Shown: positions 30,829 through 42,100 of the stretch, piece after piece
How positions within the stretch are numbered: position 1 is the stretch's first letter
How the letters are laid out: the number at the start of each line of letters is the position of its first letter
Source of the DNA: Bradymonadia bacterium
GTDB taxonomy: Bacteria; Myxococcota_A; Bradymonadia; UBA7976; UBA1532
DNA length: 64,000 bases
Assembly (NCBI GenBank): GCA_046290225.1
Contig: JBKAGE010000070.1
Coordinates: 128,001 to 192,000 of the forward strand
Direction of reading: 5' to 3'
Made by a program: the position numbers and the translations under genes
Notes under the pieces: model-generated
What the model was told of the DNA's origin: nothing
Databases searched by the model: none
What the model saw: only the letters and a program-made list of their open reading frames with translations

Positions 30829-30974
30829 GCCCCACCCTGCCCTCGGCGTATTTAAGCCTCTCAGGATCGGCCCCAGACAAGGGCCTCACCGGGGGCGAAA
30901 AATCCTGCACCGGCTTCCCATCTCTGGTGTCGCTATCTTTGCCGAGCAAAGATTCGCCCCTGGAGGACCCCCTC

Positions 30975-32096
30975 ATGCGCCTCACCCGCACACATATTTC
31001 TCCCCGATTGCTCTCTCTCTGCATCGCCGGCCTCGCCCTCTTCGGGTGTGATGATGGTGGTGGAGACTCCGACGCCGCGGGGGGTGAAGGGGGCGCCTTC
31101 GCTGGTGGTGCCGGTGGCGCAGCAGGTGGCGCTGGCGGAGCAGCGGGTGGTGCCGGCGGGGGTGCGCCTGTGGGCGATGGCTCCACCGCCACCAACTACA
31201 TCGGCCCTGAGGGGGGTGAGATCGAGCTGCCTGGCGCCACCCTGGTGATTCCACAGGGGGCCATGGCCACTCGGCTGATCGTCACCCTCACCGCCACGGA
31301 CCTCCAGCCTGAGGGCCCGTACACGCGTCACAGCGTGGTCTACCGACTCGAGCCCGAAGACGTGGCGCTGGTGCAGCCTGCAGAGATCAGGTTGGAGATC
31401 GACGACGCTCCGGACGATCTGGCGCTCTTCTGGTCAGAATCCATGACCGGCTTCACCCCTGTAGATGATCTGCGCCGCTCTGGTGGCAAGCTCGTGGGCC
31501 GCGTCGAGGCTCTCGGCTATCTCTTCGCAGGGGTTGCAGATCCCGACGCCCCCATGGGCGGCATGGGTGGCGGTGAAGGCGGTATGGGTGGTGGAGAAGG
31601 CGGCTTTGGTGGTGGCGGCGAGGTCATCCCCTCCTGCGCCGAGCTCGACGAGGTCTGGTCTGAAGAGTGGGTGGAGTTCGAGTTCGAGGTGTTGAGGCTC
31701 ACCAATGAGTATCGAGCTCAGGGCTTCAACTGCGATACTCAAGGGGAGTTTGGTCCTGCGGGGCCCCTCGAGTTCAACGCCACCCTGCGGTGCTCCTCGC
31801 GTCTGCACAGCCAGGACATGGCCGACCAGGGCTACTTCGAGCACAACTCCCTCGACGGCCGCACCCCCTTCGACCGTATGCGGGAGGCCGGTTACCAGGG
31901 CGGCTCCATGGGCGAGAACATCGCCGCAGGCCAGCGCACCCCTGAAGAGGTCGTCGCCGGCTGGATGGACTCCGATGGCCACTGCGCCAACATCATGAAC
32001 CCCAACTTCAACGAGCTCGGGGTCGGTTACTTCTCGAGCCCCATCGGGGCATCACCCTTCGGTCACTATTGGACCCAGAACTTCGGCAGCCGTTAA
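30975..32096 (+). CDS. Lipoprotein with ZU5-like domain and C-terminal CAP (SCP) domain
   Basis: Lipobox LFGC; IGPEGG..LVIPQGA; HSQDMA, GENIAAG, WMDSDGHCANIM and YWTQNFG. Confidence 0.88.
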   Translation: MRLTRTHISPRLLSLCIAGLALFGCDDGGGDSDAAGGEGGAFAGGAGGAAGGAGGAAGGAGGGAPVGDGSTATNYIGPEGGEIELPGATLVIPQGAMATRLIVTLTATDLQPEGPYTRHSVVYRLEPEDVALVQPAEIRLEIDDAPDDLALFWSESMTGFTPVDDLRRSGGKLVGRVEALGYLFAGVADPDAPMGGMGGGEGGMGGGEGGFGGGGEVIPSCAELDEVWSEEWVEFEFEVLRLTNEYRAQGFNCDTQGEFGPAGPLEFNATLRCSSRLHSQDMADQGYFEHNSLDGRTPFDRMREAGYQGGSMGENIAAGQRTPEEVVAGWMDSDGHCANIMNPNFNELGVGYFSSPIGASPFGHYWTQNFGSR

Positions 32097-32100
32097 ATCC

Positions 32101-32655
32101 ATGACCCGCTCAACAGTCCTCCCCTATCTGCGCCCGGCCACCTGGCCTCATCTGAATCAGGTCCCTCATCACCCTCTGGCCCAGGTGGACGGCATCGACG
32201 TCCCCATGGTGACCTACGTGGCTCAGGGCCCTGACGGCACCCGCCAGGTCATCACCCTCGAGGCCATGGCCCAGGGGGGCATCGAGATCGACGATCTCGC
32301 CGCCGAGGGCACCCTCGCCCTGAGCCGGCTGGCCCTCGACTTCACCCCCAAACCGCTCGTGGAGACGGGGGGTACCCTGCTCATCTCTCTCGCTGACGAG
32401 TGCGCCGCCGAGGCGGTGGGGTGCCCACCCTTGATGCACGCCGCCCACGAGGCTCTGGGCACTGAGCGGCTCGCCGCCGCCCTGCCTGCTCGAGGGGTCT
32501 TGATGCTCGGCGACGGCCGCGACGAGAACGCCACCGCAGTGCTGAGTCAGTGGGCTTACGAGATCTATACCGAGGCGGGCCCAGCAGGGCTGACCCCTCA
32601 CCTGCTCATGCTGCGGCTTGGTATCCCCGAAGGGGTGCTCTACCCCAGTCACTGA
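32101..32655 (+). CDS. Hypothetical protein
   Basis: 184-aa ORF 4 bp after the previous gene; host-like codon usage. Confidence 0.65.
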   Translation: MTRSTVLPYLRPATWPHLNQVPHHPLAQVDGIDVPMVTYVAQGPDGTRQVITLEAMAQGGIEIDDLAAEGTLALSRLALDFTPKPLVETGGTLLISLADECAAEAVGCPPLMHAAHEALGTERLAAALPARGVLMLGDGRDENATAVLSQWAYEIYTEAGPAGLTPHLLMLRLGIPEGVLYPSH

Positions 32656-32791
32656 CCGCTCGACGCCCCCCACCTCGATGACTCATTTGGGTCAACCCCA
32701 ATTACGTCAAATTCTGTTTCAGAAACGTGTCTACGTTACCGATATGGAGCGTGGTGATGACCACATTCAATCGCAAACAGTGGGGTAGGCA

Positions 32792-34852
32792 ATGCGTCTT
32801 GACCGGCTCAAACTGAACACTCGAATCAGTCTCCTGCTGGCCATTCCAATACTGGCGCTGTGTATCACGGGCATCGGCAGCTTCTTCGAGTTGAGAGCCG
32901 AGAGTCAGCAGGCCGATCGCGTGGCCCGCCTCGCCCAGCTCGCCCCCCAGCTCAGCGCCGTGGTGCACGAGCTTCAGCGAGAGCGTGGCAACTCCGCAGG
33001 GTTCCTCGGCAGCAAGGGCAAAGGTGTCTTCGTCGAGCGCCTGAGCAACCAGCGCGGTGTCACTGATACAGCCGTCACTCAGCTACGCGAACATCTCGCA
33101 GGGCTGGAAACTGATGCCTTCGACGCGTCGCTCACCACAAAGCTGGACGAGATCAGGACATCGCTCGATGGCCTCACTGCCCTCAGAGCCAAGGTGGCCG
33201 CTCAGTCGATCCCGCTCAAGGCGATGGCCACCCAATACACTGCCAGGATCCGCATGATTCTCGGCACCATCAATCAGATGAACGCCGCCACCGCCCAAAG
33301 CAAACTCGGCAGCCAGGTTGCGGCCTACATCGCCTACCTGGAGTACAAAGAGCGTGCAGGTCTCGAGCGGGCCATGGGGGCCAACGGTTTCGGCTCTGGC
33401 CAGTTCCGCCCCAATGTACACAGGCGATTTCTCACCCTGATGGGCGAGCAGCAAGCCTACCTCTCCACCTTCAAGGCCCTCGCTGATCCCAGCCTGGCCA
33501 CGCTCCACGAAACCACCGTCTCCGGCGAAACCATCGCCGCAGTGGATCGCATGCGTGAGCTCGCCGTGGCCAACGCCCACGGAGGCGACATCAGCAGCGT
33601 CAAGGGTGGCCAGTGGTTCGACACCATCACTGCCAAGATCGACAAGCAGTGGACGGTGGAGCAGGGCATCGCCAACTTCGTGGAGCAAGTGGCCCTGGAG
33701 ACTCAGGCGGCGGCGAACAGCACCATGTGGTGGACTCTGATCTTCAGCATCATGGTCATCGTTGTCACCCTGGTCACAGGTCTGAGCCTGACCCGATCCA
33801 TCACCCGGCCCATGAGGGGCTTGCAGAACAGCATGTTCATGCTCGCCCAGGGCCAGCTCAACATCGAAGTCGAGGGCATGCATCGCACCGATGAGCTGGG
33901 CAGGATGGCTCAGACGGTGGAGATCTTCCGTCAGAATGCCTTGGAACTCTCCACCGCACGCAGCGAACAGGTGGAAGCGGAGTCACGGGCCCTGGCAGAG
34001 CGTCAGGCCACGTTGAAGGAGACGGCCGATCGCATCGAGCGTCAGGCCCTCTCGGCGATGACGCACGTGAAGTTGGGCACGCAGGAGATCGACACCGTAT
34101 CCCACAACATCAAGCACACCGCATCGCAATTGAGCAGCGACGCAGACGAGGCCACAGAGGCCGCTCAAACCGCTCTGCGCAGCGTGAAGCAAGTCGCCGA
34201 CGAGATTCACATCCTCACCGAGGCCATCGACGAGATCACCTCACAGGTCGGCGAGTCGTCAGATGTCATCTATCAGGCCCTCGCGGTGGCGGGCAAAACG
34301 CAGGAGATCGTAGGCAGCCTCGCCGAGAGCGCCCAGGAGATCGGCGACGTGGTGGGGCTCATCGACGAGATCGCCGAGCAGACGAACTTGCTGGCATTGA
34401 ATGCCACCATCGAAGCCGCCCGGGCAGGCGAAGCGGGCAAGGGTTTCGCCGTCGTTGCTGACGAGGTGAAGAACCTCGCCAATCAGACCGCAGATTCCAC
34501 TCACCAAATCACTGATCGGGTGAGCGCGATTCGCGAAGTGACTCAGACCGCGGTGAGCACGCTCAACGAGATGGTGACCATCATCCAGCGGATGGGCGGG
34601 ATCTCCACCAGCATCAACCTGGCGGTCGAAATGCAGAAGGCCTCTGCAAAAGAGATCGATGACCACACGCAGGAGGCCACCCGCACATCACAGCAAATGA
34701 GCGAGCAGATGAGCCGTATGGCCACACATGTCTGCTCGGCAGCAGCGGTGGCAGAGCAGGTGGAGGCCGCCGCCGAGGTCCTCACCCTGAACGTACGCCA
34801 AATGGACGAGACGCTGGTGTCCATCGTGAACGAGAGCACGATGGCGGCCTGA
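32792..34852 (+). CDS. Methyl-accepting chemotaxis protein with NIT (nitrate/nitrite) sensor domain
   Basis: TM1, [15 protein letters not shown] and KERAGLERA (NIT), TM2, HAMP, and [30 protein letters not shown]. Confidence 0.93.
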   Translation: MRLDRLKLNTRISLLLAIPILALCITGIGSFFELRAESQQADRVARLAQLAPQLSAVVHELQRERGNSAGFLGSKGKGVFVERLSNQRGVTDTAVTQLREHLAGLETDAFDASLTTKLDEIRTSLDGLTALRAKVAAQSIPLKAMATQYTARIRMILGTINQMNAATAQSKLGSQVAAYIAYLEYKERAGLERAMGANGFGSGQFRPNVHRRFLTLMGEQQAYLSTFKALADPSLATLHETTVSGETIAAVDRMRELAVANAHGGDISSVKGGQWFDTITAKIDKQWTVEQGIANFVEQVALETQAAANSTMWWTLIFSIMVIVVTLVTGLSLTRSITRPMRGLQNSMFMLAQGQLNIEVEGMHRTDELGRMAQTVEIFRQNALELSTARSEQVEAESRALAERQATLKETADRIERQALSAMTHVKLGTQEIDTVSHNIKHTASQLSSDADEATEAAQTALRSVKQVADEIHILTEAIDEITSQVGESSDVIYQALAVAGKTQEIVGSLAESAQEIGDVVGLIDEIAEQTNLLALNATIEAARAGEAGKGFAVVADEVKNLANQTADSTHQITDRVSAIREVTQTAVSTLNEMVTIIQRMGGISTSINLAVEMQKASAKEIDDHTQEATRTSQQMSEQMSRMATHVCSAAAVAEQVEAAAEVLTLNVRQMDETLVSIVNESTMAA

Positions 34853-34873
34853 GCCGGCTCTTCTTGCTCTCTT

Positions 34874-35998
34874 TCAGGCCTTCTCGCCAGTCTTGCGCGA
34901 CTGAAAGGCCGAAGCCCATTGTCCAAAGCGTTGAGGTGATGCCATGAGCCATGGTGTGAGGTGAAGACTCACCGCCCGCTTCACCCATACGTTGTCGATG
35001 CCCTCTTCGAGCACAGAGCGATCGCAGTTGAACCTCGTGTACTCGAGCTTCACCTGAATCACGGCGGCGATGCCTCGGGACGAGGGTGTGATCCGCGCCT
35101 CCCACTGCGGATAGACCTTCAATACATCCTTGATGGCCTGGCGAATGCCCGCTCTCACCTGGCTGACGTGTATGCCTTTGGGCGTCTGCAGTTCCTCTAC
35201 ATAGGATCTCCACGTGGCGTTTTCTGCGTCACGCAGTGCCAGGGCAATGCTGAGCTGGTCGAACTCTGAAGGGCCTGGCAGGGTGAAGGTGAAGGCTTCT
35301 TCCTGTGAGGCAGGTAGCAGCGCCTGAATCCCCTGTGGATACACACAATGCGCAGTGAGGCCACTGGCCTCGTCCCGCAGTTGCACGCTCATCCCCGGGT
35401 TGAGGGCCATCAGCTCATCGACCCGTTCGACGAGTGTTGTCCAACGGATGCCTGAGCACTCTGTGAAGAACTGGGGGTCCAGGGTGGCGTGAAAGGTCAA
35501 CGTCTCGGGCCATGGTTGCTCGCTCAACACCTCATGCTCAATCAAGCGCCCATCTTTGAAGCGCCACTTCCGTGTCTCCCCACCGTGTGTGTGCACGGCC
35601 CTGAGTGCGCTGCAGAGCGCATTGAACACAGGCATGCCGAAACAATACAGGGATGCTCTCGAGACGCGTTTCCATCCCCCCGCGCTCAACGTGCTCAGCA
35701 GCAACTCCAACTCTGCGCGCCCGTCCTGCGGGTGACACTTGTTCTGCCACCGAACGCCCACCAGCTCGAGGCTCAGAGAGTATGGGCGCTCGACCGTCAG
35801 GGTGGCCCCATCCACCTCACCGCGATCGTACAGCCCCAACATGAACTCCAGGAGCCCTTCGATGGTGGCCATCAGCGCCTGCTCATCACACCCACCGATA
35901 TACATACCGGGGCGTTTGCGGACCGCCTCCAGCGCCTCGAGCACCACAATACTGCTGGCATCATATGTGTACTCTGCCTCGTTCGACTGCTCTGACAT
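34874..35998 (-). CDS. GyrB/ParE-like protein, N-terminal half only, with degenerate ATPase motifs
   Basis: YDASSIVVLEALEAVRKRPGMYIG, LSAGG, NALCS and ELMALNPG; ends at 374 aa without a TOPRIM domain; AAGGTGAG upstream. Confidence 0.85.
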   Translation of the reverse strand: MSEQSNEAEYTYDASSIVVLEALEAVRKRPGMYIGGCDEQALMATIEGLLEFMLGLYDRGEVDGATLTVERPYSLSLELVGVRWQNKCHPQDGRAELELLLSTLSAGGWKRVSRASLYCFGMPVFNALCSALRAVHTHGGETRKWRFKDGRLIEHEVLSEQPWPETLTFHATLDPQFFTECSGIRWTTLVERVDELMALNPGMSVQLRDEASGLTAHCVYPQGIQALLPASQEEAFTFTLPGPSEFDQLSIALALRDAENATWRSYVEELQTPKGIHVSQVRAGIRQAIKDVLKVYPQWEARITPSSRGIAAVIQVKLEYTRFNCDRSVLEEGIDNVWVKRAVSLHLTPWLMASPQRFGQWASAFQSRKTGEKA

Positions 35999-36366
35999 GA
36001 CTCACCTTTTTCAAGGCGCACCTCGCCATCACCGGGATCACCCCAGCCACCGCGAGGGGCCGTTTTTCGTGTGAGCCTTCAGCGCCGAAAGCACAGTCAA
36101 GATACCGAAAAGCAAAGCGCACTTCAGGCTGCCCATCAGAGCGCCCGCGGGTGTTCAACCGGGACTGAACCAGCCCCTCACGGCGCACCAGATGCTGAAT
36201 AGGGAGCGGCTCGGCATCAGTGAGGGTAGTGGGCTCGCTGACTGCACACTGCGCAGCAACGCACGCTCAGGCCTGCTGTGAGGCGAGAAAAAAGTTGGCG
36301 CTGCTACCGAAAGCATGCGCCTTTACGGCCAGGCCTCATGCCCGTGAAGTTGAGCCGCCTTCCACC

Positions 36367-37167
36367 TCAGCTGAACATCGCCCCCATCTCCATCATCCAG
36401 CGCTCCGAGGCCTCGTCTGCAGGGAACATGAGCTCGAGCCTCAGCTCGTGCAGAGTCACCTCGCGGGCGCCACCGAACTGAGCGATCGTCGACAGAGTGG
36501 AGATGCATTGATCCCCCACCCTCAAGCGGGTGCAGACCACAGGCTCGATCTGCTCCACGGGATCGTGCACGTGGGGTGGCAGCGATTCGACGACGGCCTG
36601 CAAGCGACCGAGCAGCGCCTCGAGATCGGCGTCCTGGCTCACGGCCACCTCACGTCTCAAGCGCATATAGGCATGCCAGACCAGCTCCTCCCAGTTCTCG
36701 ACCAGGGCCTTCACCTGGGGGCTCACGAGCCAGTCCAGGGCGCTCACCCCCGGAGCGATGCCAAGGAGGCCCTGGGCAGGGCCGTTGGCCTGTACCACTG
36801 TCCAGAGACGATCAAAGACCACCGCGGGCAATGGGGCGTGGCGGGCGAGCATCTGATCGATGACCCGGCGAAAAGGTGCCATACGCGCCTCGTCAAGGCT
36901 CTCCTCGGGCCACGCCGGCGGCAGACCTGCGGCAAGGAGCAGGTCGTTGTGGCCCCTCGGGGGAATGTCCATGGCCTCGGCCAGACGCATGATGAGGGCA
37001 GCCCCTGGCCGAGATCGTCCAGTCTCGATGAAGGAGACGTGTCGTGGAGAAGCCCCAGCTTTGAGGGCGAGCTCGAGCTGGCTGAGGCCTCGCAGCTTGC
37101 GCCAATGACGCAGCTGCTGGCCAAAGGGTGTGGAGAGACGTTCAGTTTTGGCAGATGTGGCAGTCAT
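36367..37167 (-). CDS. XRE-family HTH regulator with MmyB-like ligand-binding domain
   Basis: FGQQLRHWRKLRGLSQLELA...HVSFIETGRSRP, LLLAAG, PLPAVVFDR and ELRLELMFPAD. Confidence 0.9.
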   Translation of the reverse strand: MTATSAKTERLSTPFGQQLRHWRKLRGLSQLELALKAGASPRHVSFIETGRSRPGAALIMRLAEAMDIPPRGHNDLLLAAGLPPAWPEESLDEARMAPFRRVIDQMLARHAPLPAVVFDRLWTVVQANGPAQGLLGIAPGVSALDWLVSPQVKALVENWEELVWHAYMRLRREVAVSQDADLEALLGRLQAVVESLPPHVHDPVEQIEPVVCTRLRVGDQCISTLSTIAQFGGAREVTLHELRLELMFPADEASERWMMEMGAMFS

Positions 37168-37202
37168 GCGGTCATCTTCGCCCATGGAGGGCATGAAATC
37201 AC

Positions 37203-37217
37203 TTCCCTCAAGGGGAA
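37203..37217. promoter_or_regulatory. Putative operator TTCCCT-N3-(A/G)GGGAA, copy 1
   Basis: TTCCCTCAAGGGGAA, 36 bp upstream of the regulator start. Confidence 0.5.
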
Positions 37218-37222
37218 GGACC

Positions 37223-38545
37223 TCACGGCATGGGCGGCGCGGCGACGTCCAGCTGAAGCCACGTGAAGTCACACAGCTGCACAACTGCACCTTCGACGAG
37301 GGGCAACGTCGCAGTGAGGGTGTAGCGGCCCTCGGGCACAGGGGCATTGCAATCGGTCTCTACAGCCGACACCCGAGCCCACGGCGAGATCGTCGACGCC
37401 CCCTGAGGATCGAGGCTCACCGTTTTGGGCATGCCCGTGCGCTCACAGGGGCCTGCCATACACACATCGTACGGATCGTGCCCTTCGGGCAGCCCTGCCC
37501 AGAGCGCCTCGCCGGCAGGACACTGATCGACGACGTCGAAGCTCAAGGGCTGCTCAGTGTAGTTGCGGCCCTCCAGGCTGATGCCGGCGGTGCGGTTCGC
37601 GAACCTCTCCTGGTTGATACACACACCACTCCTCAGGTCAGGCCAGGCACCCCCTATGGCGAAGACGCCCACGTCACACACACGGTCTCCTGGAGCGTCG
37701 CAACGAGGTGCCACTGGCGGCACGCTGCAGCCCTCTTGACCGGTGACGCATACCCCTGAGACGGGATCAGCGAAGGCCACCTCTTCACCACACACCAGCT
37801 CAGCACAACAGGCCTCGTTCACCGACTCTCCCGTGGGGCTGACGCACACACCTTCACGGCGCCATGCCCCAGCACAGGCGGCCTCTGCGCGGCAATCAGT
37901 CGGTTCGAAGCAACCCGGATCAGGCACACAGCCCTGCTCAGGGTCGAACCTGCCATTGCCGCAATCACAGGCGAAGGTGCAGTCCTCAGCGCAGTCTCCT
38001 TCCACCCCTTCGGCCCAGGTGCCGCAGCTCTTGGGGCCGCACGCGATCACCCAGCGGCCACGGGTGCCCTCGCACAGCGCCTGGGCGCCCTGCTCGAAGC
38101 AGGCCCCGGCCCGCATGGGTGTGTGAAACGCCGTGATTGCGGCGCAGCGGTTGGGCCACGTGGCGCAGAGCGTGCCGCACACGGGCTCGTCGACGCCGAG
38201 CAGCCGGTCGTCGGGCACACACTCACCGTCCATACAGACATAGCACTCGTCGCACAGTGTCTCCTCACAGGGATCCCCAGGCGGTGTCGCGTCGGGCACC
38301 TCGGCATCGGACTCGCCCATGCCCGGACCAGGGTCAGCATCAACCGCCTCAGGGCTCGCATCTGGTCGGGGCAGCTCATCACGTGAAGGCGCGAAGGCAT
38401 CGCTCGGCTCTGATTCGGTCCCTGCGTCGAAGAGCACCGAGCGTCCGCCATTGGGGCGCATGGGATCATCCTGATCCCGAGTGCGGCTGGACTCTGAACA
38501 TCCGAGACAGGTGAAGCACGATAGAAAGATCAGGTAGAGGCGCAT
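37223..38545 (-). CDS. Cys-rich lipoprotein of unknown function
   Basis: Lipobox CLGC after ATG 38545; D/P-rich linker; many Cys. Confidence 0.75.
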   Translation of the reverse strand: MRLYLIFLSCFTCLGCSESSRTRDQDDPMRPNGGRSVLFDAGTESEPSDAFAPSRDELPRPDASPEAVDADPGPGMGESDAEVPDATPPGDPCEETLCDECYVCMDGECVPDDRLLGVDEPVCGTLCATWPNRCAAITAFHTPMRAGACFEQGAQALCEGTRGRWVIACGPKSCGTWAEGVEGDCAEDCTFACDCGNGRFDPEQGCVPDPGCFEPTDCRAEAACAGAWRREGVCVSPTGESVNEACCAELVCGEEVAFADPVSGVCVTGQEGCSVPPVAPRCDAPGDRVCDVGVFAIGGAWPDLRSGVCINQERFANRTAGISLEGRNYTEQPLSFDVVDQCPAGEALWAGLPEGHDPYDVCMAGPCERTGMPKTVSLDPQGASTISPWARVSAVETDCNAPVPEGRYTLTATLPLVEGAVVQLCDFTWLQLDVAAPPMP

Positions 38546-38643
38546 GGTCGACACGGCTCGCTCCAACAGGGCTGCGTTTGGTGCCTACCCTAGATGGACC
38601 CCACGGCGATTTCTTACCGCGAAGCCTCAAAGAATCACCGCCC

Positions 38644-38658
38644 TTCCCTGGGAGGGAA
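38644..38658. promoter_or_regulatory. Putative operator, copy 2
   Basis: Perfect palindrome TTCCCT-GGG-AGGGAA upstream of ATG 38716. Confidence 0.55.
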
Positions 38659-38715
38659 TTGAGAGCATGACCTCAGGCGGCTCTACTGAGTGCACATCGA
38701 CCAAGGAGCCCTTCC

Positions 38716-39150
38716 ATGCAACGCAACCCCGCCCTCAAAGCCGCCATCTGCTTCGGCGCCCTCGTCTCGCTCACCCTCTTCGCCTCCGCGGTGGTGCCCA
38801 GCGATGCTTTTCTTACTGCATTGCTCAACCTCGTCTTCACCACAGATCCGGGCCCGGTGACCCCAGGCACCCGCCTCTGTATGGGCATGGCTGGGGGGAT
38901 CATGTTCGGCTGGATGGTGCATTTGTGGGCGCTGATGCCCCACGCTCGCCCCACAGATCGACAGCTCGCCAGGGCCTTGCTCACCGGGCTGGCGGCGTGG
39001 TTCGTCGTCGACAGCGCCGCCTCGCTGATCAGCGGAGGCGGGCTCAACGCCGTGGGGAATCTGGGCTTCTTGATGCTCTTCGGCCTGCCGCTGATGGGGC
39101 CGGCACGCAAGGCAGAGGCAGGGGGTGGGCTTCAGTCGACTACAGGCTGA
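38716..39150 (+). CDS. Small integral membrane protein
   Basis: AAGGAG SD; four hydrophobic segments; GGIMFGW and WFVVDS motifs. Confidence 0.75.
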   Translation: MQRNPALKAAICFGALVSLTLFASAVVPSDAFLTALLNLVFTTDPGPVTPGTRLCMGMAGGIMFGWMVHLWALMPHARPTDRQLARALLTGLAAWFVVDSAASLISGGGLNAVGNLGFLMLFGLPLMGPARKAEAGGGLQSTTG

Positions 39151-42100
39151 TACTGGAAGCCCTTGTACTTCACGCGGAAGAACACCGCGTAGAGCACCGG
39201 CACCACGCCGAGGGTGAGTGCGGTGGCGAAGATGAGGCCGAACAAGATGGCCACGGCCATGGGCTCGAACATGGGTCCGCCACCGAGCCACAGCGGGATC
39301 AACCCGCCCACGGTGGTGGCGGTGGTGAGCAGGATCGGCCGGATACGGCGCTGACACGCCACGATGATCGCCTGATCCGGGCTCAGCCCGTTCTCCTCGA
39401 TCTCGAGCTTGATCCGCTCGATGAGCACGATGGCGTTGTTGATCACGATGCCCGCCAGCGACACCACCCCCAGCAAGGTCATGAAGCCGAAGTAGGACCG
39501 GGCGATGATGAGCCCCGCCACCACCCCGATCATGCCCAAGGGGATGGTGAGCAGGATGATGGCCGGCCGCCTGATGGAGTTGAACTGGGCCACCAGCAGC
39601 AAAATGATGAGCAGCAAGGCGATGGGCATCTTGGCGCCGATGGAATCGTTGCCCTTCGACGAGGCCTCCACGTCACCGCCCACCTCAAAGCGGAAGTCCG
39701 GACCCTGAGTCTTGAGGTGCGCCTCGAGCCAGGGGGCCATGATGGCGTTGATCTGCACCGCGGTGACCCCAGGATCAAGGAAGGCCTGCACGGTGTAGAC
39801 CCGCTCGCGATCCCGACGCCGGATGATCGAGGGCTCCCAGGCTGCGCTCACTGTACCCACCTGCTCGAGGGGGACCGAGCGCCCGGTCTGCTGCACGAAC
39901 ATGTTCAGGCCTTCGACCTTGGTGACGTCGTTGCGCTCCGCGAGCTCGCTGCGCAGGGTGATGGGGATCAGCTCGGTGCCCTCGCGGTATTGCGAGGTGT
40001 CGAGGCCGGTGAGGCTGGTCTGCAGCGAGACGGCGATGTCCTGGCTGCTCAGCCCCGCTCGGCGCGCTCGAGCCTGGTCGATGTCCACCTTGAACTTCTT
40101 GGCCCAGCGCCCCCAGTCGTCGCTGACGTTGCGCACCCCGGGCACCGTGGCCAGCTTGGCCTTCACCTGCCCCACCACGTCGAGCAGCGCAGGGTTGCCG
40201 TCGGCGTAGATGCGGAACTCCACCGGGGCTTTGGTGGGCGGCCCGTTGGCGAGCGGCTTGGCGGTGACCTTCGCCTCGGGGAATGTCTCGAAGACGAAGT
40301 CGGCGATCTCCTCGTTGAGGGTGTCCACGTGGGGCCGGGTGGCGTTGTCCACGATGATGATGGCGTAGTTGTCCGCCGGCGGTGAGGGGTTGAAGCTGAG
40401 CACGAAGCGCGGCCCACCCTGGCCGATGAAGGTGTTCCAGACCTTCACGCCGTCGGGCCATGTGCCATCTTCGTTCTGCTTCACCACCTTCTTGGCGATC
40501 AACTTCTCGATCTCCACCGCGACCTCGGAGGTACGCTCGATGGGCGTGCCCTGAGGCAGCTCCAGCTCGATGACGCTGTAGGTCTGATCCGAGGGCGGGA
40601 AGAAGATGAAGGGGATGATCTTGAAGCCCTGCATCGACCCGAGGAACACCCCAATGACGAGCAACACGGTGACGAACTTGAAGCGCAGGGCAGGCATGAG
40701 CACAGCCCGATAGAGCCGATATCCGAGGCTGCCGAAGAGGGGCCCGCCCCCGGCTTCTCGGGGCTTCACCTTGATGAACCACATGCTCAACAGCGGGATC
40801 AGGGTGAGCGCGAGCACCCACGAGGCCATCAAGGTGATGGACACCACCACGAAGAGGGCGGCGGTGTACTCACCGACGTTGGACTCGGCGAGGTAGATGG
40901 GCAGGAAGGCCGCCGCGGTGGTGAGCGACGAGGTCAGCAGCGGGATCCGCAGCTCCTTGGCAGAGTCGATGGCGGCGTCGAAGGGCTTCATGCCCGACTC
41001 CATGCGCACCATGATGCTCTCTGCCATCACGATGGCATTGTCCACCAACAGACCCAAGGCGATGATCAGGGCCGCGAGGCTCATCTGGTTGAGCCCCTCA
41101 CCGACAGCGCCCATCATCAAGATGGCGGCAATGATGGCTGTGGGGATCAGCGAGGCCACCACCAGACCGGTCCGCAGGCCCAGGGTGAGCAGCATCACCA
41201 CGATGACCAGCCCGATGGCCTGGAGCAGGTTCTCGACGAACTCGCCCACCTTCTTCTCCACCGCCTGGGGCAAGAAAGCGGTGACCTCCATCTCGATGCC
41301 CCAGGGATAGATGGACTCCATGATCTCCATGGCCCCCTTCACCTGCTCCCCGAGGGTGATGATGTTGCCGCCCTCGCGCATGGAGATGGCGAGGCTGAGG
41401 CCCTGATTGCCGTTGACCCGGTTGATGTCCGAGGCCGGATCCACATAGCCCCGACGCACATCGGCGATGTCACCGAGGTAGACCAGGCCGCCTCCAGGGG
41501 TCTGGATCAAGGTCTGCTTAAGCTCGTCGACGGACTCGAAGTTGCCTGAGGGCTCGAGGGCGATGCGCTCGGGGCCGATGCGCACGTACCCACCGGGGAT
41601 GACGATGTTTCTGCTGGCGAGCACGGCCTGCAGGATGCCCGGTGACAGCCCCACCTCGGCGAGGCGAGCGTTGCTGTACTCGATGAAGATGCGCTCCTCT
41701 TGCACACCGAAGATTTGCACCTTGGCCACGTCGGGCAGCCGCAGCAGCCGTTTGCGCGATTTCTCGGCCACGTCTTCCAGCTCGGCAGGGGTAAAACCGT
41801 CTCCGGTCATGCCCACCACGATGCCGAAGACGTCGCCGAACTCGTCGTTGATGAAGGGGCCCGCCACGCCATCGGGCAGCGACGGCTTCACATCGTTGAT
41901 CTTGCGGCGCAGGCGGTCCCAAACCTCGCGAACCTTCTCGGGGGGCGTGGTCTCCTTGAGGTTGACGAACATGACCGAGAGGCCGGTCTTGCTGTTGCTG
42001 TTCACGAAGTCGAGTTCGGGGATCTCCATGACCACCTCTTCGAGGCGATCGGTGACGAGCTCTTCCACACGCTGAGGGCTGCCCCCGGGGAAGAAGGTCT

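Noticed and set aside
34874..35998. Ordinary gyrB, or a gyrB pseudogene
   Set aside because: Too short and lacking catalytic residues for gyrB, yet no frameshift or internal stop, and no remnant of the 3' half before the convergent MCP gene.
36190..36260. Cobalamin riboswitch (AATAGGGA)
   Set aside because: No GGTG..AATCC stem or GCCACTG B12 box, and the orientation is opposite to the flanking genes.
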